In this document: positions 1-18,205 of the stretch, one piece after another
Position numbering within the stretch: the stretch's first letter is position 1
Layout of the letters: the number at the start of each line of letters is the position of its first letter
Assembly: GCA_002104945.1 (NCBI GenBank)
Contig: MCFH01000003.1
Coordinates: forward strand, 372,001 to 436,000
DNA from: Piromyces finnis finn
Taxonomy: Eukaryota; Fungi; Neocallimastigomycota
Direction of reading: 5' to 3'
Length of the DNA: 64,000 nt
Notes under the pieces: model-generated
What the model was told of the DNA's origin: nothing
The model's database searches: none
The model's input: the letters and a program-made list of their open reading frames with translations, nothing else
Translations under genes and position numbers: made by a program

Positions 1-86
1 AAAATAAATAAAGGGAGTTTGAACGAAATAATTAATTACAAAAGGAATAATTTATCAAAGTAATAGAATTAATTATTACTATTACT

Positions 87-800
87 GTGATTATTACCAT
101 CTACCACTTACTACCTATCACCATTACCACTACTACGATGATTATTACTATCTACCACTTACTACCTATCACCATTACCACTACTACGATGATTATTACT
201 ATCTACCACTTACTACCTATCACCATTACCACTACTACGATGATTATTACTATCTACCACTTACTACCTATCACCATTACCACTACTACGATGATTATTA
301 CTATCTACCACTTACTACCTATCACCATTACCACTACTACGATGATTATTACTATCTACCACTTACTACCTATCACCATTACCACTACTACGATGATTAT
401 TACTATCTACCACTTACTACCTATCACCATTACCACTACTACAATGATTATTACTATCTACCACTTACTACCTATCACCATTACCACTACTACGATGATT
501 ATTACTATCTACCACTTACTACCTATCACCATTACCACTACTACGATGATTATTACTATCTACCACTTACTACCTATCACCATTACCACTACTACGATGA
601 TTATTACTATCTACCACTTACTACCTATCACCATTACCACTACTACGATGATTATTACTATCTACCACTTACTACCTATCACCATTACCACTACTACGAT
701 GATTATTACTATCTACCACTTACTACCTATCACCATTACCACTACTACGATGATTATTACTATCTACCACTTACTACCTATCACCATTACCACTACTACC
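87..800. repeat. 51-bp minisatellite, 14 near-identical copies plus a degenerate 15th
   Basis: Unit atgattattactatctaccacttactacctatcaccattaccactactacg recurs every 51 bp from 87 to 800. The 257-aa ORF is the repeat read in frame. Confidence 0.97.
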
Positions 801-2663
801 ACTATGATGACAATTACCTACTACCTACTTCCTCCTACAACTTTTTTCTTTTATTCCTAAAAATGAATTCCATTTTGTTCTTTAGCCTTAACCCTTTCAA
901 ATTTTCCATTTTTCATTTTTCTTTTCTGTCACCATCTTCATCTCAATAAAAAGTTTAAATTTCATTTATTTTCATTATAATCTACAATATATTAATAGTA
1001 TATTAAATATAATATTTAATATATTATAAATATGAATATATTAAAATTATTATCAATTTCTATTTTTTATCAAGGAATAGTTGTTAATATAATAAATACA
1101 TATTATGATTATAATGAAATATATTAAAAATCAATTATAATAAATTCTATTGAATATTATTGGTGGGAATAAATCATGAAAATTTTAAAAGTCAGTTTTT
1201 TTTTTATTGATCAAAAAATGAAACAAGAGCAGAAAAAGTATAAGAAAAAAAGAGTGGAAAAAGAGGTTATTCTAAGTTATAATAAAAAAACAATATGAGT
1301 AGGGATGATGAAGAGAAAGAAAAGAAAAAAAAGAATTATTAATAAAAGGTAAAATAATTAATATAAATAGTTGATTCAAAATTCATAGGATTTATTGAAA
1401 AAAGAGAAAAAAAATAAAAATTCAAAAATCAGTACAAATAAAAAAATTAAAATTTGTAGCACTTTTTTTTACTACTTTTTTATGTTTTTATGGTGATTTA
1501 GTTGAATTGAATTCAGCTAAACTTCTGCCTAAAAAAACCTTTTTTTTTTTACTCTTTTCATTTTAAAATTTTTTCATTTTTGAAATGTCACAAAAAATTT
1601 CTCCAATTTCAATTACATCAACGTATTACATTTAATTACATTAATGTAATAAATGTTTTTAATTAAAAACCAACTTTATATTCTAAAAAAGGAATGATGA
1701 AAAAAAACTTTTTTTAACGATAACTTTGTGAATGAATAATGAAGGATGATAATAATGGTTTTTATACTATAAAATATTTATAATTGTTATCATTATTATT
1801 ATGATTATAATTACCACCATCATAATAATAATTATTACCTCTACCATTATAGTTTAATTTTTATATAAAAGTTTAACTTTTAAAAATATATTAAATTCTT
1901 GTTTATATTAAATAAATACAGAACAAACTTTTTTATTTTTTTTATGGTGTTAATAAATATAAATGTATATATAATGCCAACATAAAATAAAGTAATTTTT
2001 ATCAATGCTTGTGATGAGTGTTGAAATAGTTGTATAAAGGTTTAAACTATTTTCTTCTTTATTCATTCTATTAAAAATCCTTTCTTCTATTTCTTCTTGA
2101 ATATTCAGTTATAGTTTTTTTTTTTTAAAAAATGTTAGAATTCTATTAGTATAATTAAAGTTTTCAATTTAATTCATTTTTTTAATTAATCGGATAATGA
2201 AAAGGAAATCGGCAAGCAAAAAATGTTTACTTTGAAATAAATATGGCTTTATGTATAGAGAGTAAGCAATCATTTTCAATTCTTATCTAGCATGACCGAA
2301 TGATTTTTGTTATTTTTAGCAAAACTTTTTTTTTTATCTATTCAACAAAACAACCATTCATTTTTTTTTAAAAAAAGAAAAATAGAATCTTTTACATTGT
2401 ATTATTATTTAATGCTAAATGATAATAGACGACAATTCATAGCAAAAATTCATTAGTTATTAAACTTTATAAATTCAAAAAAAGTAAATTATCACCAATA
2501 ATGATAAAACCTTTTTTTTTTTCTTTTTAACTTTTTATTATTAACAATAATGTAATAATAAATTAAAAAATATTGACAAAATAAAAGGAAATTGATATTG
2601 AAAATAACTTTTTTTTTTTTTATCAAAGAATTGCTTTTAAACTTTTTCTTTCTTCTTTCCTAT

Positions 2664-2755
2664 AATTACAGTTTTAATTACATTTTTAATTACATTTTAA
2701 TTACATTTTAATTACATTTTAATTACATTTTAATTACATTTTTAATTACATTTTT
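2664..2755. repeat. 11-12 bp tandem repeat (taattacattt)n, about 7 copies
   Basis: Directly visible tandem copies of taattacattt(t). Confidence 0.85.
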
Positions 2756-4923
2756 TTTGTTAAATAAATTATTATTTAAAACTTTCATTCCATAGAAATA
2801 GTAAAAGTAAATAGCGTTAATAGGAAGACAAACGTTAAGGATGGAATCCTTTTCCATTACAAGGGCTATTAATCCTTCTTCCTTTTTTTCTTCCTATTCA
2901 TTTCCTTTATAGTGGTATTTCTTTGGTAGGGTCAGTAAAGAGTCAAGGCTTCTTTTCCTTTTTATTATTTTATTATTTGTCTCTTTTTGTTATAAAAATA
3001 AATACTATATATTGTATTATATTGTAATATATTTTAATTCATTATTTATTTATTTGTATTATTATCAATAGAAGAAATATTATATTCATAAATGTATGCT
3101 AATATACTGTACAATATATAAAAATAAATTAAATCATATATTAGGTGTACTCTCCTTTTATCAATTTTTTTAAGGAGAGCAAAAGCGTTTATTTAATTTT
3201 AAAATAGGATTTTAGATTTTTTAGGTAACTATTGTTGAATAAACAATATATTATAATATATTATAATATATTATTAATAAATTGTTTTAATCTATTTTTA
3301 ATATAAATAGTTTTGATATAACACACAATAAACATACAATATATTATTTATATATTATCTATTATTCAATAATATATATTATATTCTATTCAATAATATA
3401 TATTGATAATAGTAATTCTTGATTTGATATTCAATTCAATATATGTTAAGACTCACAAATCAAGAATAATACATAAATCTATAACCATCACATGATTATT
3501 TTCACATGTCAAACACCAAATAAATTCAAGTTGATTATACTGTTAATATATGATCCTCCATATAATCTTATTTTGATTTAAATACTTTTAATTTATTCGT
3601 TTATTCATAATATATGTATCAATTTATTTTGTTTGGTAATCAAAAAAAAAAGAATTTTAAATAGAAATAGAGTTTAATACTAAAAATTTTTATAATTAAA
3701 TATAAAAAGTTTAAAAAATAATAAATAAATAAATAAATAATATATTAAATAAAAGAATAAATAAATAATGAATTAAATAAATATATTATCAATAAATAAA
3801 TATATATTCTTAATTATTTAAATAAATTAATAAACTAAATAGATAAATTAAATAATAAATAAATAAATGGGATGATTTTATTATTAAAAAAAAAATTGCA
3901 TAATTATTTAAAGATTTTTAAACATTCATTATTATTTGTTGAACAATAAAAAAAAAAAAAAAAAAAAAAATCATTAATAATAAAGAAAAAATTTTTTTTT
4001 TTTTTTTTTTTTTTTGTAATTTTTTCTTTGGAAGTTCATCCTAGAAATTTTTATTTTTTTTTTAAAGATTTGTTGGAACAAAAAGAGATTTTTTGTTAAT
4101 AAAAAAGAAGGAAATTTGAAAAAAAAAGTGTCAAATGAATTAAAGAAAATTTTAGTTTAAACAGAAAAGAAAAAAAAAGGAATAATAAGAATCAAAAAAA
4201 TTAAACAAAAAAAACAAAAAAAAAAAAAGATTTCTTTTATCCTTTTTTTTTTTAATAAAACACATTTTTAGTTCAAAAAAAAAAAAAAAAAAAAAAAACA
4301 TTTCTTTTTATAGATAAAAAGAAGTAAAAACAAACAAGCAAATAAACCAATAAGAGGGAGTTGGTTAAATTTTAAATTAGTTTTTTTTATTATTTAATAA
4401 AATATTTATTTATTTAATTATTTAAAGTTTAAAATAAAACACTAAAAAGTATAAAAAAAAAATACTTTAAAAATAATAATCAGTAGTAATTTATTTCAAG
4501 TAATAATACAATAAATTAAAGGTATACAAAACTACTTTTAATAATAGTTTTAAAATAGTTGGTATTATAAATATTTGGGTTTTTTTTATTTTTATAAAAT
4601 AGTAAGATTTTTTATTTTAAATATCTTTATTTTTAAAAAGGACATGAAATATAGTGTAATTTTATTTTAAAAAAATTATTATTTTCAATCCTTTAATAAG
4701 TGAACATTTATATTTTATATTCAAAAAAAAAAAAAAAAAAAAAAAGAAAAAGAATAAGCTTTTTTTTTAAAAAAAAGAAAACAAATAATTATTAAAACAA
4801 TTTATTTTATATAAAAATCAATATAATATTAAAAATATTATATAAATAATACGAGATAGTATTTAAAAAGTTTAAAAATTCAGTAAAAAAAATTTTTTTT
4901 AATACAATAAAACATTTATCAAA

Positions 4924-7243
4924 ATGAGAGATAATATTGATATCGTTGTCGATAAAATAAAAGAATTAGAAGAAAATATGGACAATCAAGATATTGTCAA
5001 TTGTAATCGTAGCTATGACAGTAACCAAGGTGATTCAAGTACCACTTTGGAAAAAGATACAATTTCAATAAAAACTTCTTCTTCAACACTTAATTCTCCT
5101 TCTTCAACCGTTGTAGATACCACAGAAGAAGAATATATTGATCCTCGTTCAAAATATTCTCAAGCAAGAAAGAAGCTTATTTTATTCACTATTGCTTTTG
5201 CTGGTCTTATTGGACCAATTGGTAGTACAATTTATGTAAGTGTCATTATTTTGAAAGAATGAGAATATTAAAAATTTTTTTTATAATAGAGTTTTTTTTA
5301 TTAGTATAAAGAATTTTATTAATGAAACTAAATATTAATTTTTAAAAATGTTTATATATATAGTACCCTGCCATGAAGGTTATTGAAAAAGATTTACATA
5401 CCACTAGTTATTTAGTTAATTTATCTGTTTCTTCCTTTATGGTTACTATGGCAGTTATGGTAAATAAAGTGTTATGATTTTTGATATAATAAGGATAGGA
5501 AAATAATTTAAAAAAAAATGAAAGGAATTGGTTGAGAAATTTTTATTCATTTTTTTTTAATTATTCATTATTTTGCAAATAGCCTTTAGCTTGGGGTGTA
5601 TTTTCAGATGTCTATGGTAGAAGAAGAATTTATATTGTGTCCTTATTTATTTCTTTAGTTGCTGGTATCGGTTCTGCTTTATCAAATAACATTTATTTAT
5701 TATTAATATTTAGAGCTATTCAGGTAAAACGAAAAATAAAAAATGATACAATAAATATTCAAAAAAAAAAAAAAGTATTCAAAAAAAATTACATAGGATT
5801 AAAATTTTATTAAAAATTGTAATAAAAATTAACAGGGTATTGGTTGTTCTTCTGTAAATTCAGTAGGTGCAGGAACAATTTCTGATGTATTTTTCCAAGA
5901 AGAAAGAGGAAGTGCTATGGGTATTTACTATTTAGGTGCTTTAGTTGGTCCTGCTGTTGGTAAATTTTCAAATAATTTAGATTTTAGTAAATTTAATATT
6001 CAAAATAATTATCATCATTTTTACCAGGATAATAAAAGGTTTATTATTCTTGTAAAAATTATTTAATTATTAAAATTTTTTTTGATTATTACCAAAAAAA
6101 TAATAATTAAAATTTAAAAGAGTAAAAAATAATTATAGGGGTAGAATAGATTTATTAAATTAATTTATTTTTTATATTTGTATTCATAAATAATCAATCT
6201 CTTTTTTTATAGGTCCAATTCTTGGAGGTGTTATGACAGATTATATTGGTTGGAAATCTATCTTTTGGTTATTAGCAGCAATTTCATTAATTTCATTCGT
6301 TATGATTTACGTCTTTTTACCAGAAACAAAAATCCCACCACCACCAGGTGTAGAAGAACCAAAGAAAAGTTTAAATCCAGTTAAACCATTAGCTTACTTA
6401 CGTTTCAAAAATATCAGACTTGTTATTTGCATGGTTTGTTTAATTTATGCTAGTTACTACAGTATTAATATTGGTTTACCAAGTGATTACGGAGATAAAT
6501 ATGGTTTCAGTTCAACTTACACCGGTTTCATGTACTTTGGTGTTGGTTTAGGTAATGTATTAGGATCATTATATGGTGGACGTTATTCTGATTTCATGTT
6601 AAAACGTTCCCAAAAGAAGCTTTCCTTAAAAATGAAAGGTGGAAATATTCCATCCGAAGGTAGATTAAAGAGTATCATTCCTGGTTTAATTTTATTCCCA
6701 ATCGGTTTATTATGTCATGGTTGGTCTGTTAACTTTGTATGGCCATGGCTTATTCCATTTATATCACAATTTGTTGTTGGTTTCGGTATGATGTTTGTTT
6801 TCTCTTCTACTTCTACTTATTTGGTCGAACAATTCCCAGAAAATTCAGCAGCTATTATGAGTGTTAACAACTTTTCAAGATTTACTGTATCTACCATTGC
6901 TATTACAGTATATCAACCAGTAGTAGAAGTTATTGGTACCGGTTGGTACTTTACTGCTTTTACTTGCTTTAGTTTACTTGCTGCTCTTGGTACTTTATGG
7001 GTATACAAGAATGGTGAAGCCTACCGTATGAAACGCAAACCATGGTGTGATCAAGTTATTGATGTTCCAATGACTGAAATTAAGATTGATGAAAAGAATA
7101 ATTCAAAAGAAACAATAAAAGGTGAAATTGATAATGATGAATTAACCGAAAATGTAAATAATGATATAACTGAAATAAAATCACTGGATAAAGATCAACA
7201 AACTGTACATTCACTAAATAAAAATGATTCAAATAATAAATAA
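4924..7243 (+). CDS. MFS drug:H+ antiporter, DHA1 family, 5 exons, 567 aa
   Basis: Exons 4924-5235, 5364-5459, 5583-5723, 5836-5959, 6213-7243; all GT-AG and phases close. MFS motif A (WGVFSDVYGRRR), GAGTISDVF..EERG and antiporter motif C (GPAVGPILGG). Confidence 0.93.
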
Positions 7244-10200
7244 TATAGGAAAATAGATAGTATTTCATATTTGCAAATACAATAGTATAAATTAAAATAC
7301 ATTAGAATAGAGAGGTTATACACAACTTATTAATTTAAAAAATATACATAGAGATTAAGAATAATAATCAAAAAAAAAATTTCTTTATCACAACAAAAAG
7401 CTTTTTTTTTTATTTTATACTTTTAAATACTATTGTCATTTGTAAAAAATAATACAATTGTATATATTATTATTTGGAAAAGTTATTTCATTTTTAACAT
7501 TTCACGTATATATCCTACACACCATATAACACATTCCTAAGAAAATGAAATTATTTATACGCATTTAGATCAAAATGAAAAAAATAATTTATAATTTTAA
7601 TGCCCAACAATAACAACAAAAGAATACAAATTCATTAAAAAATCAATAACAAAAAATCTATTCTTGATAATTTTTCATTTATTTTTTTTTTTTTTAAATT
7701 TTTATTTATATATATCAGTAACATCAGTAAAGTTAGTAAAATCAGTAAAATCAGTGCAATTTTTTTTAATGTTAAAAAAATATTCATTTTTCAGTACCAT
7801 TTTATTTTAATAAACAATAAAAAATCTCTTGAATTCCAACATCATAGAAATTTCCAAAAAATTATCAAATCCCAAAAAAAAAAAAAAATCACAACAAACC
7901 TATTCATAATACAAACAATTCAGTATAATCATTTAATAAAACAAAATACCAAATTTAAAATAAACTTGTATAGTCAATTTTTATGGTGTAAAGAGTTGAT
8001 TATAGAAGTTAAAAAAAAAAGAGTTTAACTATTTTATAAATAGAATTAAAAATAGATAGAAATTTTTATTTCTATTTTATAAAAAAAAAGCTCTTCCATC
8101 CCAACATTAAAGAAAAAAAAAAAATCCAAATTAAAAAAAGAAAAAACACATATAAATATATATATATTACATTTTTTTTTACAAAAGAAAAAAAAAAGAT
8201 TTTTAATATTTAATAGAAGTAATTAATGATTTTATGATTAGATAGAATAAATAATAATTCGTAACTAGGAAAGGGTGTTTGTTCAAATAATTAAAAATGA
8301 TCGATCATATAATAATTTAATTTTTAATAATAATCATAATAATTAAAAAAATGATTTTTTTATTTTTATTTTTTTATAATGCAATTATCTACTTTTATAT
8401 TTAAAAAAAAAAAAAAAAACAATAAATAATTATATACCAAAAAAAAAAAAAAAAGAAAGATTCAAATCAATTTGTTACTTAAGGGGATAAAGAAAGAAAG
8501 AAAGAAAAAAAAAGATTTTATTTTATCGATAAAGAAAAAGTATTAATTTATTTTTTATTATTAATATTAGTAAAGTAGTATTTTTTTTTTTTTAAAAAAA
8601 AAAGGAAAAAGAAAGAGAAAAAGAGGGGGTAAAGTAAGTCATAACAACAGTAGCAATAATACCAATATTAAAAAAAGAATTGAAATTTGATTTCTAGTTT
8701 GTTAAAAATGAAATAAAATATAAATTGAAAGGTAATTATTACAGAATTATTTTTATTTTTATTTTTTTTTAAAAAAAAGGCATATTTAATTAAATATTAT
8801 CAGACCAACTAATTTATCTTTTTTTTATTTTATTATTTCATTATAAATTATAATAGAAAAGAGACAGTTGTTCTATTTCAATTCAAGAAAAACAGAAATA
8901 ATTGAACTATAAAAAAAACCTAATGAAAGACTCTTTTCTTTTAAGTAATATACCCAAAAAAAATTTTTATATGTCTTCCCAATATTATTTTTATTTTTAT
9001 TTTACTAAAATTAAAAAAAAAAATATGAAGCAAAAAAAAAAAATCTTTTAAATTTGTTTTTTAAAGATTTTTTTTTTTTTTTCTTTTCATATTTTTTTTT
9101 CTTAATAATATTATTATTATATTATTTTATTTTATCTTATTTTTTCTTTTCTTTTTCCATATAAATATATCAATATTTTTATGATAAGTTATTATAAAAA
9201 AAAAAAAAAAGAATAAATAAATGTTTTTAGTATTAAATTTTTTTTGAAAATAAATAAAAATATTTTAAGTAATTCTAATTATTTTTAAAAAAAAGGGTAA
9301 ACTTCATTTTATAATAATAATAATTTTTTTTTTTTCTTTTTAAAAAAAAAAAAAGGAAGAAGAAAAGGGAATCATTTTTAAAAAAAAAAAAAAAAAAAAA
9401 GTATAAACTAAAACTTTTTTTTCTTTTGAGATAAATATGGTTTTAAGAATGTTAAAATTATTAATATTTTTAGTAGTTGTGGATTCTTTTCAATTAAGAA
9501 AGAAACAATGAAATTTGTTGATTTTTTATTATTGTATCCTGTGTATGACACTAAATGTTTAAAAAGACACATCCTAGACTTTTTCTTGCATAAAACTTTT
9601 TAATATTTTTTCTCTAATTTTGATCATTAAATATAAACTTTAAAAATTATGAAATATTTTAGATTTGAACTATACCTTTTTTATTATTTTTTTATTATTA
9701 CTTTATTTTTCTTCTTTCAAGAAAAAAAAGTATATTTAGTTTTATTTTTTTTTTCTCCAAATAACTAATTGGAATTACTAAAAAAAGAAAAATGTATACA
9801 AAATAAATAATAAATAAATAAAAAAAGATACTATAGAAAATGAATACATTTATTTTTTTTTTTTTTTTAATAATAATGATAAAGTTTTAAAAGTATATGT
9901 TTTTTTTTTTTTTTTTTTTTTTTTTTCTTAAAAAGGAAAGGCTTTTTTAAAGTTTTTTATATTAATGTTATCCTATATTTAAAGTTTTACGATCATTTTT
10001 TTTTAATTATATATAATATAAAAATAAACAACTTTAAAATATGGTATTATTATGTATATTATTATTATCTTTTTAGTATTTTTTTTTTTTTTTTTTTTTT
10101 GTTTCAAATTTAAATTAGATCTTTTACAATAATAATTAAAATAAAAAGAATGTATTCATATTTTATTATATTTAATTATTATGGAACAGATAAACTTTAA

Positions 10201-10482
10201 TAATAAAAAAATATTTTAAAGTATTTATAATTTTACTGATATTGTTCTTTCTCATTTTAAGTATATTTGGAAAAATTTAAAAAAAAAAAAATAAAAAATA
10301 AAAAAAATTTAATAATTTATATATTATAATTTATATTTTCTGAATTTCTTTTTTTTTTTTTTTACTAAAAATTTCATACAATATGTTAATTATAATAATA
10401 TAATTCAATTCTATTGTTTTTTTTATAAAAATATATATATATATATATGTGCAGCAGCCTATAAATAATATTACACATACAA

Positions 10483-14086
<3,604 letters not shown>

Positions 14087-14807
14087 ACCTAATGATTATT
14101 TATAATCATTTTAAATCTTAACCTACCCATACTATTTATCAATAAAAGTTTTTCCAAATATATATATATATATATTAAATTATAGTATATTTTCTTTTTT
14201 GATATATCCTATTAACATTTTTTTTTTTGGAATAAAACAAAATCATTCATTGAAATATATTATTTAAAAAAATATCAAATAAACTATTAAAATTATTAAT
14301 TTTTTTCCTTTATAAACCTTTACACTTTCAGAATCTAATAAAAAAAAGACATTATATATAATACATAATATAAAAACTTTTATGAATTTTTTTTTTAAAG
14401 ACTACTTGAAAGATTAGAGGTATTTCTTTAATCATTAAATAATATTTAAATAGTTGCTCATTTGTTATTAAAAGTCTAGTTTATTGTACCAAAAGATGTT
14501 TAGAGGGTTTTTTTTTTTGATTATTTTTATTAAATATTTATTATAATATTATATATTGTAATATGTACTATATGTACTATATGTTAAATAGTATTAATCT
14601 TGATTTTTGTAAACTTTTTGAAGGTTTATTTAATATTTTAAAAGTCAAATATGCAATCATTTCAATTGTAAAATTATTTTTCTCAAGAATAATAATAGTG
14701 GTGGCTTTTTTTTTAATTTTAATTGAAATTAACTTTATACACCCTACTTTTCATATTCTTAATGATTTTAGGTATAACTCCCTAAACATTGGAACATTTA
14801 ATTAATA

Positions 14808-14872
<65 letters not shown>
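14808..14872. repeat. (TAAA)n microsatellite
   Basis: Directly visible. Confidence 0.95.
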
Positions 14873-14876
<4 letters not shown>

Positions 14877-15052
14877 CTCGAAAAATCTTAATGGACAAGC
14901 CTACCAACAATAAAATTTGCACCGCCTACTAACTTTCCTAAAAAAAAATAAGAAAGTCAGCAGATAAGTAAAAAAAATTAATTTAACAATTTTACAGAAA
15001 ATCCAAAAAAAACTAATTTATAATAATGTATAATCATAAAAAAAGTGATTTA

Positions 15053-15190
15053 CTATAATGAATAATAAATAATAAATAATGAATAATAAATAATGAATAA
15101 TAAATAATAAATAATGAATAATAAATAATAAATAATAAATAATAAATAATAAATAATAAATAATAAATAATAAATAATAAATAATAAATA
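15053..15190. repeat. Compound A/T satellite of aataataaat-type 10-11 bp units
   Basis: Directly visible tandem units aataataaat and gaataataaataat. Confidence 0.85.
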
Positions 15191-16969
15191 TTAAATATAT
15201 AACTTCTACATATAAAAAAAATTGACATGTTAATATATCCTTTAATATATAAAAGTCAATTTAGGTTAAAACTCAATTCATTCATTCTTATATATTATAT
15301 TAATTTAATAATATGTCAAAAATAAAGAAATTAATCAATATATAAAAAAAAAGAAGTGAGTAGTAATAATTAAAGTTACCTCTGATTTCTTCATTTTTAA
15401 TTCCCATTACTTTTTTCTTTCTTGGATATAAAATAAATTAGGACATTATTGAAATAAACAATTTGATTAAAATCAAGTTATACCATAATAACATTTTTGT
15501 AAACTATAAAACAGTACTTACACCATTTTTATAAATTTTCTTTTTTCTACTAAATCAAAGTCTTCTTTTAATGGCATGCATGCGTTTTTTTAATCCACAA
15601 TTTTTTAATTTAATATATCAAAAAAAGAGGGTTTGATTTTTTTTTTAATTTTTTTTTATTTGATTTATTAAATCATGTCACTAAAAAAAAATTAATAAAA
15701 AAACTTTTTAATGAAAGCAATAAGAATAATAACGAAAATAAACTAGAAAAAAAACTTTTTCCTATTAGTTTTATATAAAAATAAATAAAAAAAAAAAAAA
15801 GGGAAAGATACTTTTTAAACTTGAAATAAACTGTTTTCTTAGCATTTTATTGTGTTTGCTTTTACAGAAAATAAGTTAAAAATAAGAATATATTAATAAT
15901 ATGAAATAAATATATATTAAAATATATTCTTTATATATTACGCAAATATATTCTAATATAAAAAAATAAAAAAAAACCAAATAAAAAATTGAAATTACCT
16001 ACACAAGAATAAATAATAATTTAAGCTAAATTAAAAAAAAAAGAACAAAACTTTAATATTATTTATTTTTTCTTTTTCTATATAAATGAACCCTTTTTTT
16101 AGTATTTTAAGTTTAAGCCATTACATTGATAATTTATTTAATTTATTGAAAATGTGTTAAGCCATATATAAAAAATTTCTAAATACGGAAAATAACTATT
16201 TCGTGTAACAATATAAAAATTTAATTTAATTAAAATTATTGTTACATTTTTTCCTATTTAAGAAATATTAATTTATTTTATTTTAATGGATGATTGTAAT
16301 TTTTATTTTATTGAATAAATTAATTGGATAAAATAATCATCATTTTCTTATATCATTTTCAATAGATAATATATTATAATAAATTGAAATGTACAACTAA
16401 TATATATAATGAATATATTCTAAAATAATATTTAATATATTTTCCATAAAAATAAAAATATAAAAAATTTCAATTTTTTCTTTTTTTTTTTTTTACAATT
16501 TTTTTGAAAAAAAAAAGTTCTTCTTTAATTTCAGTAATATTGAAAGAAGACCATTTTTATTTTGTTTTATTGCATTGGAAAAGGGAAAAGCATAAAAAGA
16601 AAAGAAAGAAAATTAAAACTTTTACCTTTATATAAAATTAAAAAGCAAAGAAAAAAAAAGTAAAAACACAATTGATTAAAAGTAATTTAAATTTTATTTA
16701 ATATATAAATTTTTTATTTTACATTTTGTTAAAAAAAAAAAAAATACATTTCAATATTTAAATTGAGTGATAATCAATATTTTATTTATCACTTTGTAGT
16801 ATTAAATAAAATAACAAAGAAAAATAAAATAATAATAAAAAAAAAAGAAAAGAAAAACTTTTTATTCTTTTAATAAAAAATAGTGTTAAATAATAAAAAA
16901 CCAAACTTTTTATAAAAAGTGAATTTTGAATTTCATTAATATATTTCAAATAAAAAGGAAAGAAATAAA

Positions 16970-18205
16970 ATGAAATCTCTATTAATTATCACTTTAGCAT
17001 TTATATGCATATTTGCTCATCGTACTTTGGCTCATGAAAATAGTTTGTATAATAACTAATATAAATTTCATTATTTTATATTCTATATAATTTGTAAAGT
17101 AAAAACTAATATCTAATGTTAATATTTATTTTTTTATTATTAATAACATTATATATATATCTTTAAACCTTTTAAAATATAATAAAAATTTTACAATATA
17201 AATAAAAGTTGAAAACATGGATCTTGAAGAAATTTTAGATACTTTTCAGGATCCAGATAATATTATTATGAATAATAACTATAACAATAATAGCAATAGC
17301 AATGAAAAGGTTGAAAACAGTAATATTAACATTAACCAGGAAACAAATACTATGAATGATATACAAACAGAATTATTGGTTAGTCAACCATTCCCAGAAT
17401 ATAATGATAATAGTGGAAATACAGGTGCAAAGATTTATGTATTAAGTGGTGTTGGTTTTACTAGTGTAGCACTTATTGCCTTTTTGGGTTATAAAAATTT
17501 TAGAAAAAATGCAGAATTAGATGAAATGAAAAAAGAATTATTATTTGAAAGTATGGAAGAAAATAGAAATGATATTTCAATGCCTGATAGAGTTAAACAA
17601 ACTAAATCAATAAATAGATTATCTAAAAGTTTAAGTTTAAATTTATCTGATATATTTAATGAAGAAAAACCAGTTGTTTCATCCTCTATATATTCTGATA
17701 ATTATTCCCTTGTTAAAAATAGAGCTTATAAATGTCATTTTAACTGGTCACCCTTTAATTCTGATGAAATTATTTTAAAATGTGGTGATCTTATATGTGT
17801 CAAGGTAAGCCGTTCATTTCCTTTTTCATATTCTAATAGTATTTAATTATGAAAAAAAAAAAAAAAAAAAAAGAGAGAGAGAATGAAAATAAAATCAATG
17901 ATTAAAATATACATAATAAGAATTAGTTTTGATTAACAATATATCTCTTTTTCTCTCTATATTTATATATTTTATAGGAATCATATGATGATGGTTATTC
18001 ACTTGGTCGTAATTTATATACTAGATTTTATGGTATTTTCCCAACTTGTTGTTTATCAACACCAGAAGAAAAGATGATGGGGTCTGAATTAATTAAAGAA
18101 GGTGAATTTGAATCAATATTGAAGAGAACTTCATCCAAGAATATGACAAAACGTTCTAGAAGAGCATCATCATCTGTATCTGTTGTTATTCCAACTTGGA
18201 TGTAA
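16970..18205 (+). CDS. Single-pass membrane protein: signal peptide, Asn-rich ectodomain, TM helix, cytoplasmic SH3 domain; 3 exons, 298 aa
   Basis: Exons 16970-17042, 17209-17804, 17978-18205; phases close. Signal peptide MKSLLIITLAFICIFAHRTLA, TM IYVLSGVGFTSVALIAFLGY, SH3-like AYKCHFNWSPFNSDEIILKCGDLICVKESYDDGYSLGRNLYTRFYGIFPTCCL. The first intron boundary is the least certain. Confidence 0.8.

Noticed and set aside
87-860. 257-aa protein from the 51-bp repeat
   Set aside because: Non-ATG start and pure repeat translation, with no independent coding evidence.
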